From Guillardia theta CCMP2712 (lineage: Eukaryota; Protista; Cryptophyta): a stretch of DNA of 64,000 nucleotides. The stretch covers positions 33,007 to 97,006 of the forward strand of contig NW_005434532.1 of assembly GCF_000315625.1 (NCBI RefSeq), in the 5' to 3' direction. Position 1 is the first letter of the stretch; each line of letters begins with the position of its first letter. The position numbers were made by a program, and so were the translations under genes. Below, in pieces: positions 60,295 through 64,000 of the stretch. Below the pieces are notes generated by a model. It made no database searches. It saw nothing but the letters and a program-made list of their open reading frames with translations, and had not been told where the DNA came from.

Positions 60295-61305
60295 TCATTC
60301 TGGAGGAGACACCGTTAGGTTGAGCTTGTCGATCTTCTTCCAGATCTTGCAGATGTGGTAGTGGTTGTTGACCAGGCACGCCAGGTCTGCCCCGATGATG
60401 CTGTAGAAAGGCTTCGCGATCGTGTGATGGAAGATCACGATGGAGCCAAGCTCGGTCGCATCCCACAAGCTCTGATTCCTAAGAGCCACGACCGCGTTGT
60501 AGTTGTACACGTCCGGCAGGAGCATCGATCTGTGCTCGAAGTACTTGTTCAGGAAGCCTTGCTCCGACATCTTGGCATCAAACTCCAGCGTGGTGATGCT
60601 TGCGATGAGGTCGACAAACAGCCGCCTGTCCGGAATCACCAGCATCATCCCCGCGTTCGCCGACGATCCTTTGAACACGCTGTAGGGCTGGTCATGCACC
60701 CACCCCAGGTTGAGCTTCCTGGCCTTGAGCTCGGGTACATAGCGGTCAAAGAGCGGCATCATGTCTCCCAGCACCGACATGTCTGAGTCCAGGAACAACA
60801 CCGCCTTGTACTGCGTCGCGTTGAACACGTGCAGCTTCGTGAAGAGAGGGATGAAGCGAGGAGAGTCGACCTTGGCTATCATGCTCTCCGGCATCTTGAT
60901 CTCGGGTACCAGCACGAGCTTCCATCCCACCTCCTTCATCCTCTGCAGGTCTGCCTGGAACGAGGGCTCTCTCGCTACCTCGTCGATCACCAGCGAGATG
61001 GTCTCGACGCGGCAGCTGTCAAGCTTCCCGAACAAGGTGATGCTCTTCCTCAGCGTGGTCGCTCCTCTCGGGTAGTCCGGGTCTGTGCTGGATATGATGG
61101 TGAAGACAGCGTACTCGCGGGTCGAGTTGCACCGTGGGGCGCCCTTGAGCTTCTGCTCGTACTCGCTGAGCATCCTCGTGACGAGGAGGTCGGAGAAGGA
61201 CTGGTCCGAGGAGACCAGGTTGGAGACGATCTCGAAGACCGTGACAGCGAGCACGCAGAAGCAAGTGAGCTTGTTGAGACAGGCCATGTTAAGTCCTATC
61301 GCCAT
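60295..61305 (-). CDS. Glycosyltransferase family 8, copy 2 (near-identical to copy 1)
   Basis: Same protein as 52242-53252 apart from the last two residues. Confidence 0.9.
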   Translation of the reverse strand: MAIGLNMACLNKLTCFCVLAVTVFEIVSNLVSSDQSFSDLLVTRMLSEYEQKLKGAPRCNSTREYAVFTIISSTDPDYPRGATTLRKSITLFGKLDSCRVETISLVIDEVAREPSFQADLQRMKEVGWKLVLVPEIKMPESMIAKVDSPRFIPLFTKLHVFNATQYKAVLFLDSDMSVLGDMMPLFDRYVPELKARKLNLGWVHDQPYSVFKGSSANAGMMLVIPDRRLFVDLIASITTLEFDAKMSEQGFLNKYFEHRSMLLPDVYNYNAVVALRNQSLWDATELGSIVIFHHTIAKPFYSIIGADLACLVNNHYHICKIWKKIDKLNLTVSPPE

Positions 61306-62216
61306 CGATGCAGGTATTCGCTTGGATTCGAGGAGGAACGTACGATTCAGAATGTCCAACCTGATATGAAAGAGAGAGCACAGGGTTCCTGCTTCAGATT
61401 TCTTGGAGACGTCTTACTTTGACGGTACAGCTTGATTACTTTACAAATGAACTCATTGGCAGAGGCGAGAAAGAGATAATCTAAGGGAGGGAAAGCATGA
61501 TCAGGATGTATGGCAAGGATGTTTTCCAAAAGAACTCGGAGGGAAAGCTTACACGCACCTGGTATGGAAGTCCTGTAGGCAGGCAGAGAGGCAGCAGTGT
61601 TGAGGAGTTGAGATGCAGACCAAGAGGATCAATTATCAGTTCATCCCCCCCTCACCATCTCTGCGCACGCGCATGCGATACCCATTGCCATACAGGGCTT
61701 GAAACAACTTGGAGGAATCAAGTTACGCTCGATTTGGTTTAGACTTCGTCATCTAATTGGTTGAACTGGGGGACTACCAGCCTTTTCTTGTGTAATTTGA
61801 TCAAATTAAGATACACAATGATCCAATTCCAACGTGTCTAAATAGCGATGACCCCCGCCCGAATGGAGATTGGTACCTCATGTACCCCCATCTCTTAGCA
61901 CAAATAGTACCCCTACCATACAACCCCCCACACTACTAGGCTAAAGTTTGACTCGATGACAACTCGGAGGCTCGTCAAACATTCATACCACCCCTTTAAT
62001 TTCCTTTGACTCATGGCTATTGCAGGGGTAGGGTACCAGTGACTGGCTGAGGTCACAAAAACTGACTCGGATGAAGTTTTGATGACATTGGTCAAGGTTG
62101 ACTGATTTTATAACCAAGAAGTCAGTCACTGACCTCGGCCGGGCCGGCTTCCGGGCCCGGGCCCGGGTAGGATGCGACCGCAATGGCCGCTGGCATGATG
62201 AAGGTCGGGTAAGAGG

Positions 62217-64000
62217 ATGCGAGGGGGAGAACTAGCGGGAATGATGCTGCTGCTAGCGGTGAAGGTTGAAGGCATGCGGGACAAGGAGAGAGGAAGCGCA
62301 GCTCTGCTTGAAGGCATGCGGGACAAGGAGAGAGGAAGCGCAGCTCTGCTGCCTCGCTGCTCCTGCCAGTGTCATGAGGAAATTGCTCTTCGATCCTCTC
62401 TTACAGGAGGAGCCTCTAGCCTCGGTCGATCCTCTCTTAGAGGAGGAGCCTCTAGCCTCGGTGGGTTTGTGGACTGGCGGAAGGAGCTCAACACATCAAG
62501 GATGTTTACGGGAGGGACTGCGGCAAACATGACGAGGAGCGGGCTCAGAGTTGCTCAGAGGACGTGGGACCCACACGTCCAGCAGCTCAACCTGAAGCAT
62601 GCGGAGCAAGAGCGGAGGACTCGGACACTGCGATTCTTGGAGAAGATGGACAAGCTTGTGAGCTTTTTGAATGAGACGGTGACAAACAGCACGAGGGATA
62701 AGAAGCGAGGGAAAGACAACCTAGGAAGGAAGAAGCGGCAGGCGAGGAAGCACTTGATGGAGACGTTGATTAAGAACCAACAAGAACTCGCCTCCGAGAA
62801 AGACTTCGACAAGCAGAGCAAGGTCCTTGGCTTGCGCAGCTCGGATCATCCTGACCCCCATCCTGTGCTTGTAGACCATCACCCGCATCCAGCGAACCAT
62901 CGCAGATCCCAACGTGCTGCTGTCGACAGGGCTGGCTGATCCGAGGCACGAGAAGCGGATAAGGGCGGAGAGAGAGTGGGAGAGAAGGAACAAGGAGCGT
63001 GTGGACCCGCTGGACCCCTTCGCCCCAACAAGGAAATGGCTCAACTACACTGAAGTGATGACTCCTCAACTTATGCTTCCCCCCTCTCGCCCCCTCCTCT
63101 CCTCCTTCCCCTCTCCTCTCCTCCTTCCCCTCTCCTCTCCTCCTTCCCCTCTCCTCTCCTCCTTCCCCTCTCCCCCCTCTTCCCCCCTCCTCTCGCTTGC
63201 TCACGAAAAACCCTTGTAGGCACATCGCATGTTGCCCCTAGGAGGAGAAGAGCGCCGGCGAGAAGGCATCTATGACTCGAGCGAGATGGAGGAAGGGCAG
63301 GGGGAGGAGAGCGGGATGTTTGGGCTTGATATCGAGACAAAGAAGAAGACGCCATGGCACTGCCCTGTCTGCGACGTGTCTGTGACCAACAGCCTGGCGT
63401 GGAAGCAACACATCCACGGAAAGAAGCACATGCGAGCCTCAGGCTACTCCATGCGGGCTAAGCCCAAGACTGAAGAAGACATTCTCAACGGTGAAAGTGG
63501 GGGGGGAGGGGGAGGGGAAGGGAAGGAGGGAGGGAGGGATGAAAGGGAAGCGGGTGGAGATGGAAGTGCGAGGTGCATGATGTGAATATCAGAGATGGAA
63601 GAGATCTGTAAACAACTTGGACGGAAGGAGCGAGGAGAGACGCGAAGGGTGAAGAGAAATCGGGAGACGAGAAAGGAAGGCGCTGAAGGAGAGAAGGAGG
63701 AGCAGGAGGTCACTCGACTTGAAAGCGGTGAGATGTATTTGAACTAGAGGACAGTTCTGATCTAGCCATGCAGAAGAAGAGTCGTCTGACGAGGAGTTCA
63801 TGAGGTTTTCCTCCTCCTTCCCTTCCTCCTCCTCTTCCGTATTTCCTCCATGTCTCCTTCCCCCTTCTTACCAAGTAGTCCGGCAAAACCCTTCTTCCTC
63901 CCTCTTTTCGTTGTTCATCGCTGATCGCCTCTTTCAGAAACTTTCCTGACGTTGAGAACATGGACGTCGACACTGTCTTCAAGATCATGCAGAGGCTTGT
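62217..64000 (+). CDS. Protein with a U1/matrin-type C2H2 zinc finger (ZMAT2/Snu23-like motif), multi-exon, 3' partial
   Basis: WHCPVCDVSVTNSLAWKQHIHGKKHMRASGYSMR at about 63355-63455. The N-terminal exon carries in-frame 42-bp and 36-bp duplications. Confidence 0.6.

Overview
Eukaryotic nuclear DNA with many short GT-AG (some GC-AG) introns of about 40-60 nt, many of them inflated by (GGA)n/(CCT)n-type microsatellites. Gene style and composition suggest a cryptophyte alga (inference). Most short ORFs in the track are microsatellite artefacts. Genes I could assemble by hand: a partial coiled-coil gene, three small putative pro-peptide genes (two are head-to-head paralogues), CHR chromate transporter, RPL36, SMG9, an eIF4E-domain protein with a C-terminal transmembrane tail, a ZIP transporter, a MIB/HERC2-like protein, METTL26/DUF938, ADA2, a sphingosine kinase-like gene, SLY1, two near-identical GT8 genes flanking a minisatellite-rich interval, and a matrin-type zinc-finger gene. 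The most unusual signals are: (1) a recurrent two-part intergenic element (TACCCC/GGGGTA tract plus GC-rich micro-palindrome block) with a shared ~50-bp core; (2) the tail-anchored eIF4E; (3) the small YGT-TM-RxxL precursor cluster; (4) GT8 identity confined to the coding sequence. No rRNA, tRNA, CRISPR or transposase was recognised.
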